A stretch of DNA of 64,000 bases from Patescibacteria group bacterium (GCA_018971685.1 JAGXAG010000004.1:2416-66415); one strand, 5' to 3'. Positions 12,165 through 20,649 are shown, counted from the first letter of the stretch. The notes: a model not told the origin generated them from the sequence alone. A program made the numbers and translations.

Positions 12165-15113
12165 TCACTGTTCGAATTGGGAGATGAACAAATCGATTTG
12201 GCTGATAATCTTATCCTTATCGGCTTGCGTCAGCTCCTTGAATTTCTTGTGTCCGATATTGGCCTTGAATTTATCGGCGGCCTTAATGATTTTTTCGGTA
12301 ATTTTACCGGCTTTTTTATCATCCTTTTCGCCACCCTTTTCATTACCACTTCTCTCATTCTTCGCACTCTTTGTCGACTCTTTCTCTATCTTATCGATGC
12401 GTTTGAATAATTCTTTGGCTTTTTTCGAATCGCCGAGCATGTTCGTTATCAGGCTTCTCAAGGAATTCAGATAATCGATTGCAGTTAATTTTTGGTTTGG
12501 CTTGGCTTCCAGGTCGACCGCGCCATCGCCATCCACATCGATTTCCAAAGGCCTGGCCGCTGAAACTATCAATCCCGTAGTTGTTGCCGGATTTTCACCG
12601 AGCGGCGGGATTTCTATAGTAGTCGAAGCGGCTGTTAATGGGATTACGGGCTGGCCGACATATTCGACACGGTCTATGGTGTTTAGATCGCCTCCAATGG
12701 TTCGATCGATATCGAGGGTGAAGGTGCCCGATCCGGTACCTTTGACTGCCACCGTGTATTTCTTTCCGGTATCCGGCAATGTGACATATTGATCTATATC
12801 GTCATCGCCTTTTTCGTCAAGGCTGAAATAACTGCCGGGAATTTGCGTCTCGTAGAAAGTGAGTATGTCATCTTCGACTTCCGGCGGCCTGGAAATAGTG
12901 CCGGTATGATTGCCATTTTCGTCGTATACATGAAGGTCCACCGGCGAATGCGTGCTGATGACGATGTTTACGGGCGCAACATCTTTTGAATAGTCAGGTT
13001 CGCCGCAGGTCACTCCCGGAAGTTTCGTCACAGCATCACAAACAGATTGGTACTCTTGTTTCGTCAAAGCGTTTCCGATCAGCTGTTGGGTTGTCGATGA
13101 TTCCAATATGGTCGCATGATCTGTCGAGTTCTTGTCCGCACGAGACGCGGATTCCAAATCTATAGACATTGCGTTGCCGGCATCGTAAGCGGCGCTTTTG
13201 GCCATCACAGTGCCGTCACCCATACTGGACATATCTTTTGATACCATAGGAGCGTCGGCATATTTTACTTCTTTTGTGGTGTTCAAGCCCCATCCCAATA
13301 TGGCCCATCTGGTTATAGCCGCCGGCCAAGTAAAAGTGTCGATAAATGCATGGAGCGTATCGGCGGCCGCCATCAATACGCTATTGCCTTTTATCGGCAT
13401 ATCCGTATTCGAAGGACGAGGGTCAACGCGTATATTGTTTGAATCTGTTATAAATCTTGATTGCTCAGCTCCCGATCGGATATTTTGCTGATAAGATCCG
13501 TCGTTAACGCCTGCAACCGTCGTGGAAGCGAATGCTATAGTCGGACCAAGCACATTTGAAAAATATGCGGCAGACGGAAGCAACGAATAGGCGCTAGGCA
13601 TATTTTGCCCCAATTGTCTGGCTACTGATTTTTTCAAAATTATGCCTGATAAGATCGACTCCCCGTCTCCATGCAAAATACTTGCGATCGCCTGGGGCGT
13701 GCCCAGATACGGAACGGCGACGGAAATGACGGAATCGATCAGGCCGGCTTTGCCGAGGTCGGATAGGGTCTTTACGAGATATTTCGCGACCAGGCCGCCG
13801 TTGGAGTGGGCGATGAGCGTGACTTTGCCGGTTCTGGAGCGGGCGGCCAAGTCTTCGACATCCTTGACCAGATATTCGGTCGTCGTCGCCTTTTGTTCCG
13901 GCCCCGCAACCACTTCCGCAATGGGCTTGCGCCAATCATAGCCGAAAGACTTCCACTCATTCACGGTTCCATTCCGGACCAAACCGTCCAAAAAATCCAT
14001 GAATTTGCCGTAGATGCGGTACAAGCCGAAGACGCTGGCGATGGGATCGCCGGAATAAATGGCCGGATCGGGATTGGTGCCATCGGGATTCAAAAACAGT
14101 TTGCGGACATCGTCATTCCTGTTGGGAGGCCAGAGCGTGTTGGTGATCGGGCCCAGCTCGAGCGGCAGAGATTCCGGGCGATAAATGGCGGTACCTTCGA
14201 GGCCGGGCAGGAATAAAACGCTGGAACAGCATTCCGGCTTGTCTTGGCCGGGATCAAGCGGCGGCTCGGACATGAGCCACGGGTCGTAATCAACCGCGCC
14301 AACGACAACATTGCCGTATTTTGTAATGTCGGTAACAGGCCCCTCGGCGCTGCCCCACCAATTATTCTCGGCGATAACGGTGCCGGTTGAATAATTCCTG
14401 AGGGCATAACTGCTATTGCCGGCGAGCGACGAGTTGACGACGGTAAGCGACGGCACGGCTTGGGACTGATCGAGCGCATTGCCGATGCCGCCGATGTCGA
14501 GCGGCGTTTCATTCGCGACCAGCTGCGGATTGCCGGAAGCTTGAACGGTTATGCCGCGGCGGGAGTTGGTAAATTTGCTGCCTTGAATGGAGACGACGCT
14601 GTTTTTCATGACGAATCCGTCGTACCCGCCGGAAACGGTGCTGGTGGCAATGATTCCACTGGATCCATCCAAGGTTATATTGTTAACTTGTCGGAAATCG
14701 GCGTTCTTGCTCGAGAAAGAGCCGTTTATGGCGCCCACGGTCATCAAATCGCGGATGATCACTCTGGCCGATCCTTTGCCTTGGATGTCGATAACGCCGC
14801 CGTTTGTCACGATGCCTGTAAAAACATTGGCGGGATCGCCGGCTATTTCGACGCCGTCTTTGACAGTCAAAGTCACGCCGGGATTTACTGTGACATAGTC
14901 CTCAAGTATATACGGGCTTCCGGTTTTGTCCCAGATCGTGTCATGATCAATAAAATTGTTAATGGGAACTCTGGTTTCCGCTCGCGCCGAACTGACGGGG
15001 ATCGTGAATGCCAACAACGCGGCGCACAGAATGACGCCGAAAAATGATTTGTGGTTTGATGCGTATTTCATGGTGTTTATGCTCATTGGCTTGTAATGCC
15101 AAGAGCGTATCAC
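12165..15113 (-). CDS. large secreted protein: right-handed beta-helix domain plus alpha/beta-hydrolase (lipase/esterase-like, GxSxG) domain plus KE-rich tail
   Basis: 982 aa. The likely true start is MKYASNHK… (15071), which gives a signal peptide FFGVILCAALLAFTIPVSSARA. Repetitive V-x-G/N-rich beta-helix region. Nucleophile elbow VTLIAHSNGGLVAKYL. C-terminal K/E-rich low-complexity tail. Confidence 0.6.
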   Translation of the reverse strand: MIRSWHYKPMSINTMKYASNHKSFFGVILCAALLAFTIPVSSARAETRVPINNFIDHDTIWDKTGSPYILEDYVTVNPGVTLTVKDGVEIAGDPANVFTGIVTNGGVIDIQGKGSARVIIRDLMTVGAINGSFSSKNADFRQVNNITLDGSSGIIATSTVSGGYDGFVMKNSVVSIQGSKFTNSRRGITVQASGNPQLVANETPLDIGGIGNALDQSQAVPSLTVVNSSLAGNSSYALRNYSTGTVIAENNWWGSAEGPVTDITKYGNVVVGAVDYDPWLMSEPPLDPGQDKPECCSSVLFLPGLEGTAIYRPESLPLELGPITNTLWPPNRNDDVRKLFLNPDGTNPDPAIYSGDPIASVFGLYRIYGKFMDFLDGLVRNGTVNEWKSFGYDWRKPIAEVVAGPEQKATTTEYLVKDVEDLAARSRTGKVTLIAHSNGGLVAKYLVKTLSDLGKAGLIDSVISVAVPYLGTPQAIASILHGDGESILSGIILKKSVARQLGQNMPSAYSLLPSAAYFSNVLGPTIAFASTTVAGVNDGSYQQNIRSGAEQSRFITDSNNIRVDPRPSNTDMPIKGNSVLMAAADTLHAFIDTFTWPAAITRWAILGWGLNTTKEVKYADAPMVSKDMSSMGDGTVMAKSAAYDAGNAMSIDLESASRADKNSTDHATILESSTTQQLIGNALTKQEYQSVCDAVTKLPGVTCGEPDYSKDVAPVNIVISTHSPVDLHVYDENGNHTGTISRPPEVEDDILTFYETQIPGSYFSLDEKGDDDIDQYVTLPDTGKKYTVAVKGTGSGTFTLDIDRTIGGDLNTIDRVEYVGQPVIPLTAASTTIEIPPLGENPATTTGLIVSAARPLEIDVDGDGAVDLEAKPNQKLTAIDYLNSLRSLITNMLGDSKKAKELFKRIDKIEKESTKSAKNERSGNEKGGEKDDKKAGKITEKIIKAADKFKANIGHKKFKELTQADKDKIISQIDLFISQFEQ

Positions 15114-15120
15114 ACCGTTA

Positions 15121-15185
15121 TTACGGCTCGATTACAAACCGATAACATTTTAATGACAAAGGTCTAACGGAATGGTGACTTTTTC
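15121..15185 (-). promoter_or_regulatory. conserved promoter module copy A (TTGTCA - identical 17-nt spacer - TGTAAT), oriented toward the 12165..15113 gene
   Basis: The reverse complement reads cctTTGTCAttaaaatgttatcggttTGTAATcgagccGTAAT. Same module as copies B, C and D. Confidence 0.5.
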
Positions 15186-15193
15186 CGCCGAAT

Positions 15194-15231
15194 GCTAGGT
15201 TAGTCCTCGTTTAGACGAGGACTAACCTAGC
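15194..15231. terminator. perfect 16-bp stem hairpin gctaggttagtcctcg-ttta-cgaggactaacctagc
   Basis: Read directly from the sequence. No clean U-tract, so it may be an RNA structure or insulator rather than a simple terminator. Confidence 0.45.
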
Positions 15232-15342
15232 AATGGGCCGCCAAATTTGCCGGCCAGAAACAGGATAATGAAAATTGCGGCCAGGATCAGCAGAAAACCG
15301 AATAGAAATTTGAAGAAGACGCGGTCGAATGGATTTACCATG
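15226..15342 (-). CDS. possible 38-aa hydrophobic micro-protein (MVNPFDRVFFKFLFGFLLILAAIFIILFLAGKFGGPLL)
   Basis: Short ORF below the ORF-track cutoff. Pure TM peptide. No RBS evidence. Confidence 0.2.
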
Positions 15343-15351
15343 CTCTAAATA

Positions 15352-15410
15352 ATAACAAATTCGTCATTAAAATGTTATCAGTTTGTAATCAGATTGTAAT
15401 TTCGAATCGG
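15352..15410 (+). promoter_or_regulatory. conserved promoter module copy B upstream of toxin gene 1
   Basis: tTCGTCAttaaaatgttatcagttTGTAATcagatTGTAAT. The ATG of MPYEKD… lies about 15 nt downstream, giving a near-leaderless transcript. Confidence 0.5.
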
Positions 15411-15845
15411 TATAGTTTACTGATGCCATACGAGAAAGACCTAAACAGCTGGAACGAATTCAGTAAGAAACTCGAAACTGTCGAGCCGCCCTATTTCAGA
15501 GAACAAGAAATCTGGTGGATTGCATTCGGCACTAACATAGGCGTAGAAATCGACGGCAAACACGAACTCTTTGAGCGGCCCGGCATCATATTCAAAAAAT
15601 TGAATCGCGAATACGCCTTGGTCATTCCCATAACAAGAACCGAGAATAAAATTCCAAAAATACATGTGCCAATATCGTGCGCGGGAATAAAGAAAGGATC
15701 AGTTGCCACCATCAGTCAGATAAGATCTATGAGCTCCAAAAGATTGTTGCGTAAAGCAGGAGTATTGCCGCTGAATCAATTTGCGAAATTGCTGGATAAA
15801 TTCATGGTAATGGTTTCAACGGCGGATATGCAAGTTACGGACTGA
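15372..15845 (+). CDS. MazF/PemK/EndoA-family endoribonuclease toxin (paralog 1) with a ~27-aa N-terminal extension
   Basis: REQEIWWIAFGTNIGVEIDGKHELFERPGIIFKK…YALVIPITRTENK matches the MazF/Kid core (GDIWxVxFxPxxGxExxKxRPxLVIS…PxTS). Probable true start MPYEKD at 15423, since the ORF-track start lies inside the promoter. Confidence 0.7.
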   Translation: MLSVCNQIVISNRYSLLMPYEKDLNSWNEFSKKLETVEPPYFREQEIWWIAFGTNIGVEIDGKHELFERPGIIFKKLNREYALVIPITRTENKIPKIHVPISCAGIKKGSVATISQIRSMSSKRLLRKAGVLPLNQFAKLLDKFMVMVSTADMQVTD

Positions 15846-15854
15846 CAGAAATAA

Positions 15855-15882
15855 GGCGCCTCCGTTTTTCACGGAGGCGCCG
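15855..15882 (+). terminator. rho-independent terminator (ggcgcctccg-ttttt-cacggaggcgcc)
   Basis: GC-rich 10-bp stem with a T-run, 10 nt after the toxin 1 stop. Confidence 0.6.
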
Positions 15883-15961
15883 GAGCCCGAAGGCAACAAT
15901 CACGATCATGGTAGCAGACCTAGATTGAAAGTCAATCTCTTGAGATTATTTGAAGTACTAC

Positions 15962-15998
15962 ACTCCCCCTACTTCCCCGCGTTCAAGAGCGCCCTGGC
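15962..15998 (-). pseudogene. fossil 3' end of a peptidoglycan-binding-domain gene (…ARALLNAGK*)
   Basis: ccccctacttccccgcgttcaagagcgccctgg is about 85% identical to 16597-16633, which encodes …ATRALMNAGK* of the intact gene 16604..18367. It is part of the tandemly duplicated toxin unit. Confidence 0.4.
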
Positions 15999-16004
15999 GT
16001 TAAA

Positions 16005-16057
16005 TTTTCGTCATTAAAATGTTATCGGTTTGTAATCAGATTGTAATTTCGAATCGG
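16005..16057 (+). promoter_or_regulatory. conserved promoter module copy C upstream of toxin gene 2
   Basis: cgttaaattTTCGTCAttaaaatgttatcggttTGTAATcagatTGTAAT. Confidence 0.5.
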
Positions 16058-16459
16058 TATAGTTTACTGATGCCATACGAGAAAGACCGAAACAGCTGGA
16101 ACGAATTCAGTAAGAAACTCGAAGCCGTCGAGCCGCCCTATTTCAAGGAACGGGAAGTTTGGTGGACCTCAATTGGCGTTAATATCGGCCATGAGGAGGA
16201 TGGTAAAGGCCCCGCTCTCTCAAGGCCGGTTTTGATACTGAAAAAATTCGGAAAATATACTTTCCTTGGAATACCTTTGTCGACGACAAAAAGAGTTGGA
16301 GCGCTTTATCGCCATTTCTCTTTTCTCCCGGAAGTAGATAGTGTAGCCTTGCTCGCACATACAAAATCATTTGACTCCAGAAGACTGATCAAGAAGATCG
16401 GAACCATTGCGGATAAAGATTTTTGCGCCATGAGAAAAGCCGTCAAAGATTTACTCTGA
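16019..16459 (+). CDS. MazF/PemK/EndoA-family endoribonuclease toxin (paralog 2)
   Basis: KEREVWWTSIGVNIGHEEDGKGPALSRPVLILKK…FLGIPLSTTKR…SVALLAHTKSFDSRRLIKKIGTIADKDFCAMRKAVKDLL aligns end to end with B. subtilis EndoA/MazF. Probable true start MPYEKD at 16070. Confidence 0.7.
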   Translation: MLSVCNQIVISNRYSLLMPYEKDRNSWNEFSKKLEAVEPPYFKEREVWWTSIGVNIGHEEDGKGPALSRPVLILKKFGKYTFLGIPLSTTKRVGALYRHFSFLPEVDSVALLAHTKSFDSRRLIKKIGTIADKDFCAMRKAVKDLL

Positions 16460-16603
16460 CGGCTTTTCTCATGATTTGATTCCGCGCCCCGGTTTTCGTT
16501 TTTCGACGGAACCGAGCCCGAAGGCCAATGTAGCTTCATGATAGCGAACTCAATCGCAAAGTCAATATTGACAAGTTCTTTGAAGCATTGCGCCGCTCCC
16601 CCC

Positions 16604-18367
16604 CTACTTCCCCGCGTTCATCAGTGCCCTGGTCGCCGGCCCGACCACGCCCAAAGTATCGAGCCCATGCGCCTTCTGATACGCTTGGACGGCGGCTTTG
16701 GTGAGGGGGCCGAAGTAGCCGGTTACGGGGCCGGAATAAAATCCGGCCTTGGCGAGATACTTCTGCAATGCCGTCACATCGGGATCCGCGACGCCTTGCT
16801 TGGTCATGCCCATGTACAAATATCGCCCGAAGACATAACTGTCAATCCCGGAGACAGTCGAAACGGCAGAAACATGTGTAACTGTCGATGGAACCGGTGT
16901 GCCGACCAGATTGGCGGACGAATCGTTTCCTATCCATAGAAAAGCCTGACCACCCGTTCCCTGAGGATTAGCAAAAGTAATAACGATTGGTATGGGAGTT
17001 GTCGTATTAATCGGCACCGTGTAAGAGGCGGTATAAGGCCCACTGCCACTGCCAGAAACAGTAACCGGCAAACCGCCTATGGACAGATCGGGTACGCTTA
17101 TTGATTGGTTGAATGAAATAGATATTGACAACACACTTCCAGCTCCGGCAAATCCGCCGGTGTCGTTGGACAGAACTGACAATGAAGCGACTGCTGGTTT
17201 CGAAACATTTGATGCCGGCGAAATAGTGGCAGAAGAGCCGCTGACACTAGGCGCTACATAAACATAGAAAGTGCCACAAGGACCGCCAGATTGGCAAACA
17301 GTTATGTTGGCTCCACCGAAAGCCATGGCCGAGAGTGATACGGTCGCTCCATTGGTATTGGCAGAAACCGAATCTGGAGCTGAATTCTGAGACACATAAT
17401 AAACCTGCGGAGCTCCGTTACCGCCATAAATAGAGACCATTTGCGTCTGACCTATACTCATGTTCACCTGGCTTTGGCTGAATGAAAGGGAGGGAGTGAT
17501 TGTTGTACTTGTATTGACGGCAGAAGATGCGACCGTGACAGACAGATTGGCACAGGTCGTACTTCCACCGGAATATGAACATACGCTTAGAGAATCAGTG
17601 CCAGTGGATACGCCGACAACAGTCAGGGTGGAACCGGATATACTAGCGGTGGCTACGCCTGAATTTGAATTTGACGACAAATAATACGAACCTGAGCCGG
17701 TGATAAAGATCTGTTGCGACTGGCCGGCAGAAATCGAGACTGCGCTTTGGCTTAAAGATACGCTGGCTGTCGCCGCGGCTGACGCACTTACTGATACCTG
17801 CACATTGCCGCACCCTATATTGGAGGCACATACAGTGATGTTGGTAGTACCGAAAGCCAGACCTGTTATAGTTATCTGATTACCGGAAATTACCGCTCCG
17901 GCTATTGCCGGATTGACATTATTACCCAGAGACAATGGAGCGGATACGGAAGCCGAGACTACTGCCGTCTGTCCCACCAACAAGGATATCATGCTTTGAC
18001 TCAATGACAGTCCGCCAGAGGCGGTATAATTTGGCCACACTTGAGTCATTGACTGGATATTGTCAACCGATGCGTACACAGGCACTCCGGCGGCAATACC
18101 GTACTGGGTTGAGTTTACAGATGTAGTCAAATAGCCACTAGAATTGGTCGTACCTATGTTGACTGATGTGTATCCACCGGATGACGGGTAATACAACAAG
18201 ACGGATGCGTTCGGATCTGCTTGTAATATAGTCACTGTGACTGCACTACTTCCGGAACTGTTGCTGAGTGATATGGACGGGATATTTGCCGCCAATGTCG
18301 GCGACGCCGCTACCAAACACAATACAACAAATAAGATACTGCTGATTATTGTATTTCTTGTATTCAT
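16604..18367 (-). CDS. secreted S/T-rich surface protein with C-terminal peptidoglycan-binding domain (PG_binding_1-like)
   Basis: 587 aa. Signal peptide (ILFVVLCLVAASPTLA), long Ser/Thr/Gly-rich repetitive region, C-terminus DPDVTALQKYLAKAGFYSGPVTGYFGPLTKAAVQAYQKAHGLDTLGVVGPATRAL. Confidence 0.6.
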   Translation of the reverse strand: MNTRNTIISSILFVVLCLVAASPTLAANIPSISLSNSSGSSAVTVTILQADPNASVLLYYPSSGGYTSVNIGTTNSSGYLTTSVNSTQYGIAAGVPVYASVDNIQSMTQVWPNYTASGGLSLSQSMISLLVGQTAVVSASVSAPLSLGNNVNPAIAGAVISGNQITITGLAFGTTNITVCASNIGCGNVQVSVSASAAATASVSLSQSAVSISAGQSQQIFITGSGSYYLSSNSNSGVATASISGSTLTVVGVSTGTDSLSVCSYSGGSTTCANLSVTVASSAVNTSTTITPSLSFSQSQVNMSIGQTQMVSIYGGNGAPQVYYVSQNSAPDSVSANTNGATVSLSAMAFGGANITVCQSGGPCGTFYVYVAPSVSGSSATISPASNVSKPAVASLSVLSNDTGGFAGAGSVLSISISFNQSISVPDLSIGGLPVTVSGSGSGPYTASYTVPINTTTPIPIVITFANPQGTGGQAFLWIGNDSSANLVGTPVPSTVTHVSAVSTVSGIDSYVFGRYLYMGMTKQGVADPDVTALQKYLAKAGFYSGPVTGYFGPLTKAAVQAYQKAHGLDTLGVVGPATRALMNAGK

Positions 18368-18495
18368 ATGAGTTTATCCTTTATCTTGTAAACCTTTTTA
18401 TTATACAATAAAAAGGACTTGTAAAGTTTATTATATACGACTGACGAGACCTAATCTGGCGCAAGATCATCTCCTAACAATCTTTTGAAAAAAGC

Positions 18496-18519
18496 AAAAA
18501 CCGCCTTAAGGCGGTTTTT
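18496..18519. terminator. bidirectional terminator aaaaaccgcc-ttaa-ggcggttttt
   Basis: Read directly from the sequence. Lies 3' of gene 18556..20649. Confidence 0.6.
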
Positions 18520-18555
18520 GCTGACATTAAACTGTTTGGCTTATACCAACAGAGT

Positions 18556-20649
18556 TTAAATTGTCGGAGTCCTCCACGTAGTCAGACCAGACATGAAGGT
18601 AGTGGTAGCCGAACCAGTATTGTACCCCACACCTTGAAGTTGGACGGAATAAGTGTTGGCACCAGGATCGGTTACGGTGAACGAGTAGGTAACCGGTATT
18701 GTCACGCTCTGGTTGATACCGAGAGTGAAGTTGTTACCCGAGGTCGTTGTGTTGTTCGGGGCCACATAAGCGGCGATCAAAGCAGGATTGAAGTTGTTCG
18801 CCGTATTGTCCGGATTGGCTCCATTGCCAGTAACTGCAACCTGGTTCTGGTAGATCTGAGCAAGCGTCTTGCTTGTCGATGTGGTTCCAAACGAAGCTGT
18901 GGCAGAAGCCGGGAGACTGAAGGTCACTGTTTGACCTACAGCCTGGGCCACTACATTGAATGTAGCCACATAGCTGAATGTCGTCGATCCAGTAGTCGAG
19001 TTGCTTGAAGTCTGCGTCTTGGTTATCGTGGGAGTACCAGAGAGCGACAAGTTCAAACCGCTTCCGAGAACAGAGAGCTGGTTGCCCTGAGCCGAACCGT
19101 TAACGGTAACCGAGCTGTCAGCCGAATTGTAAACAATCATAGCTGAAGTCGAAGCCGTTACATTTTCGCTAGAGCCAGTAGCTGTCAAACCGTTTACATC
19201 AACCTTGACGGTAAACGGAACGGTCTGATTGATCGGAATACCGGCACCAGTCGTGCCATCTGGAATATTATTGAACGAGGCACTGCAGTTATTGCCGGTG
19301 CAAGTAACCGTTCCTGACATGATTGGCGTCGAACCTTGATACAGGTAAGCCGCGGAAACGCTGCCCCCTGAAGACGAACCGGTGGTGTTAATGTTAACCG
19401 ACACACTATGCAGGTGCAGGTTGTCTCCCTGGGAGTTGACATCGAAAACCAAGACCGGTAAGCCTAAGTACTGTCCAGTCGTCACATTGGTGACGGGGAT
19501 GGAGCTGACCAAGGGCGAAGTCGAATCGAGAGCGATGTTGGCCGAAGCGTTAAGAGTCAAGTTCTGATTGACAACTATAGCCTGAGCAACACTACCCGAG
19601 GGACCACCGTTGTAAGTAACCGGGCCTCCATTGAGAGGACCATACTGATTGATACCGGCGCCGTCAACCGCACGTATGCCGTTGGCGTCTATACCCATAT
19701 ACCATGTCTGCAAGTACTGCGTCAGGATAGTCGGGTAGGTATCTACGGCAATCTGCAAATCCTTGAAAGTGCCCTTCGGGACAATGAAGTTGAAGCCCGA
19801 GAGACCGACAATGTAGTTGCTACTGCTCTGAACGACCGTAGAGCTGTTCAGGGGTTCGGAAGTAAGAACTTTATTGGTCGAGGGATCAATCAAGTAGATC
19901 TTGCTATACACATAGTTATATATGGCAGTCGAAGTGCCCAAGTCAACCTGTACAGCCTGGACCGCGAGGTCAGAATATTGAGCCTGGATACGCGCATCCA
20001 ATACTGGGATCATTGTCTGGCCGGCATAAGCGCTCGAAATTGAAACCGGACCCTGCGTTACTGACATTATACCTTGAACACCGGGGGTGGTAATACCTTG
20101 AGTTGACCCTTCAACCGGAGCTGTTCCAGGAGTTGTCGGAGTGCAGGTGTAACCGACTGGACAAGTGACCGCGACCGGAGTCGGGGTTGTCGGAGTGCAG
20201 GTGAATCCTGCGGGACAACTGGCGACCGTAGTGCTAGTACCGCCAGCGGTGGCAGTCGTACCGGCATTCAACGCCGCGCGAGTAAGAGGACCGACGAAAC
20301 CTGTATTCGGAATGCTGTGAGCGGACTGATATGCCATGACAGCTGTCTTCGTCTGCGAACCAAAGTAACCTTTGGCGGCAGCGCCAGAAGCAACGGCCGG
20401 AATGTTATAACCAGCTGCGATCAAAGCTGTTTGGAGAGCAACAACATCAGGACCAGTCGAACCTACCGTGAGGTTAGTGTTGAACTGATACGCTTGAGCT
20501 CCCGCAACAAGGGTAAGAGCCAAAATGGCCGCACCCGTTGTCATAAGAATTTTTTTCATTTTTGAATAATTAACTTTAACTTGTAATATTTGTAATACTT
20601 TCTTTGCACGCATGTTCCTTATAAAGGAACCGACTAGCGCGCGTTCCAC
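18556..20649 (-). CDS. secreted S/T/N-rich surface protein with N-proximal peptidoglycan-binding domain and CPxGxTCTPTTP repeats
   Basis: 697 aa. Likely true start MKKILMTTGAAILALTLVAGAQA (signal peptide) at about 20559. PG-binding-like segment GSTGPDVVALQTALIAAGYN…YFGSQTKTAVMAYQSAHSIPNTGFVGPLTRAAL. Two copies of CP(A/V)G(F/Y)TCTPTTP. Very long Thr/Ser/Asn/Gly-rich region. Confidence 0.6.
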   Translation of the reverse strand: MERALVGSFIRNMRAKKVLQILQVKVNYSKMKKILMTTGAAILALTLVAGAQAYQFNTNLTVGSTGPDVVALQTALIAAGYNIPAVASGAAAKGYFGSQTKTAVMAYQSAHSIPNTGFVGPLTRAALNAGTTATAGGTSTTVASCPAGFTCTPTTPTPVAVTCPVGYTCTPTTPGTAPVEGSTQGITTPGVQGIMSVTQGPVSISSAYAGQTMIPVLDARIQAQYSDLAVQAVQVDLGTSTAIYNYVYSKIYLIDPSTNKVLTSEPLNSSTVVQSSSNYIVGLSGFNFIVPKGTFKDLQIAVDTYPTILTQYLQTWYMGIDANGIRAVDGAGINQYGPLNGGPVTYNGGPSGSVAQAIVVNQNLTLNASANIALDSTSPLVSSIPVTNVTTGQYLGLPVLVFDVNSQGDNLHLHSVSVNINTTGSSSGGSVSAAYLYQGSTPIMSGTVTCTGNNCSASFNNIPDGTTGAGIPINQTVPFTVKVDVNGLTATGSSENVTASTSAMIVYNSADSSVTVNGSAQGNQLSVLGSGLNLSLSGTPTITKTQTSSNSTTGSTTFSYVATFNVVAQAVGQTVTFSLPASATASFGTTSTSKTLAQIYQNQVAVTGNGANPDNTANNFNPALIAAYVAPNNTTTSGNNFTLGINQSVTIPVTYSFTVTDPGANTYSVQLQGVGYNTGSATTTFMSGLTTWRTPTI

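Noticed and set aside
15121-16057. Considered a type III toxin-antitoxin (ToxIN/AbiQ-like) system with the repeated ~55-nt element as RNA antitoxin
   Set aside because: Type III antitoxins are tandem direct repeats immediately upstream of the toxin. Here each toxin has a single copy, copy A is inverted and 200 nt away, and a fourth copy precedes rpsF. The toxins are also clearly MazF/EndoA-like rather than ToxN/AbiQ-like. A promoter/operator module is the better explanation.
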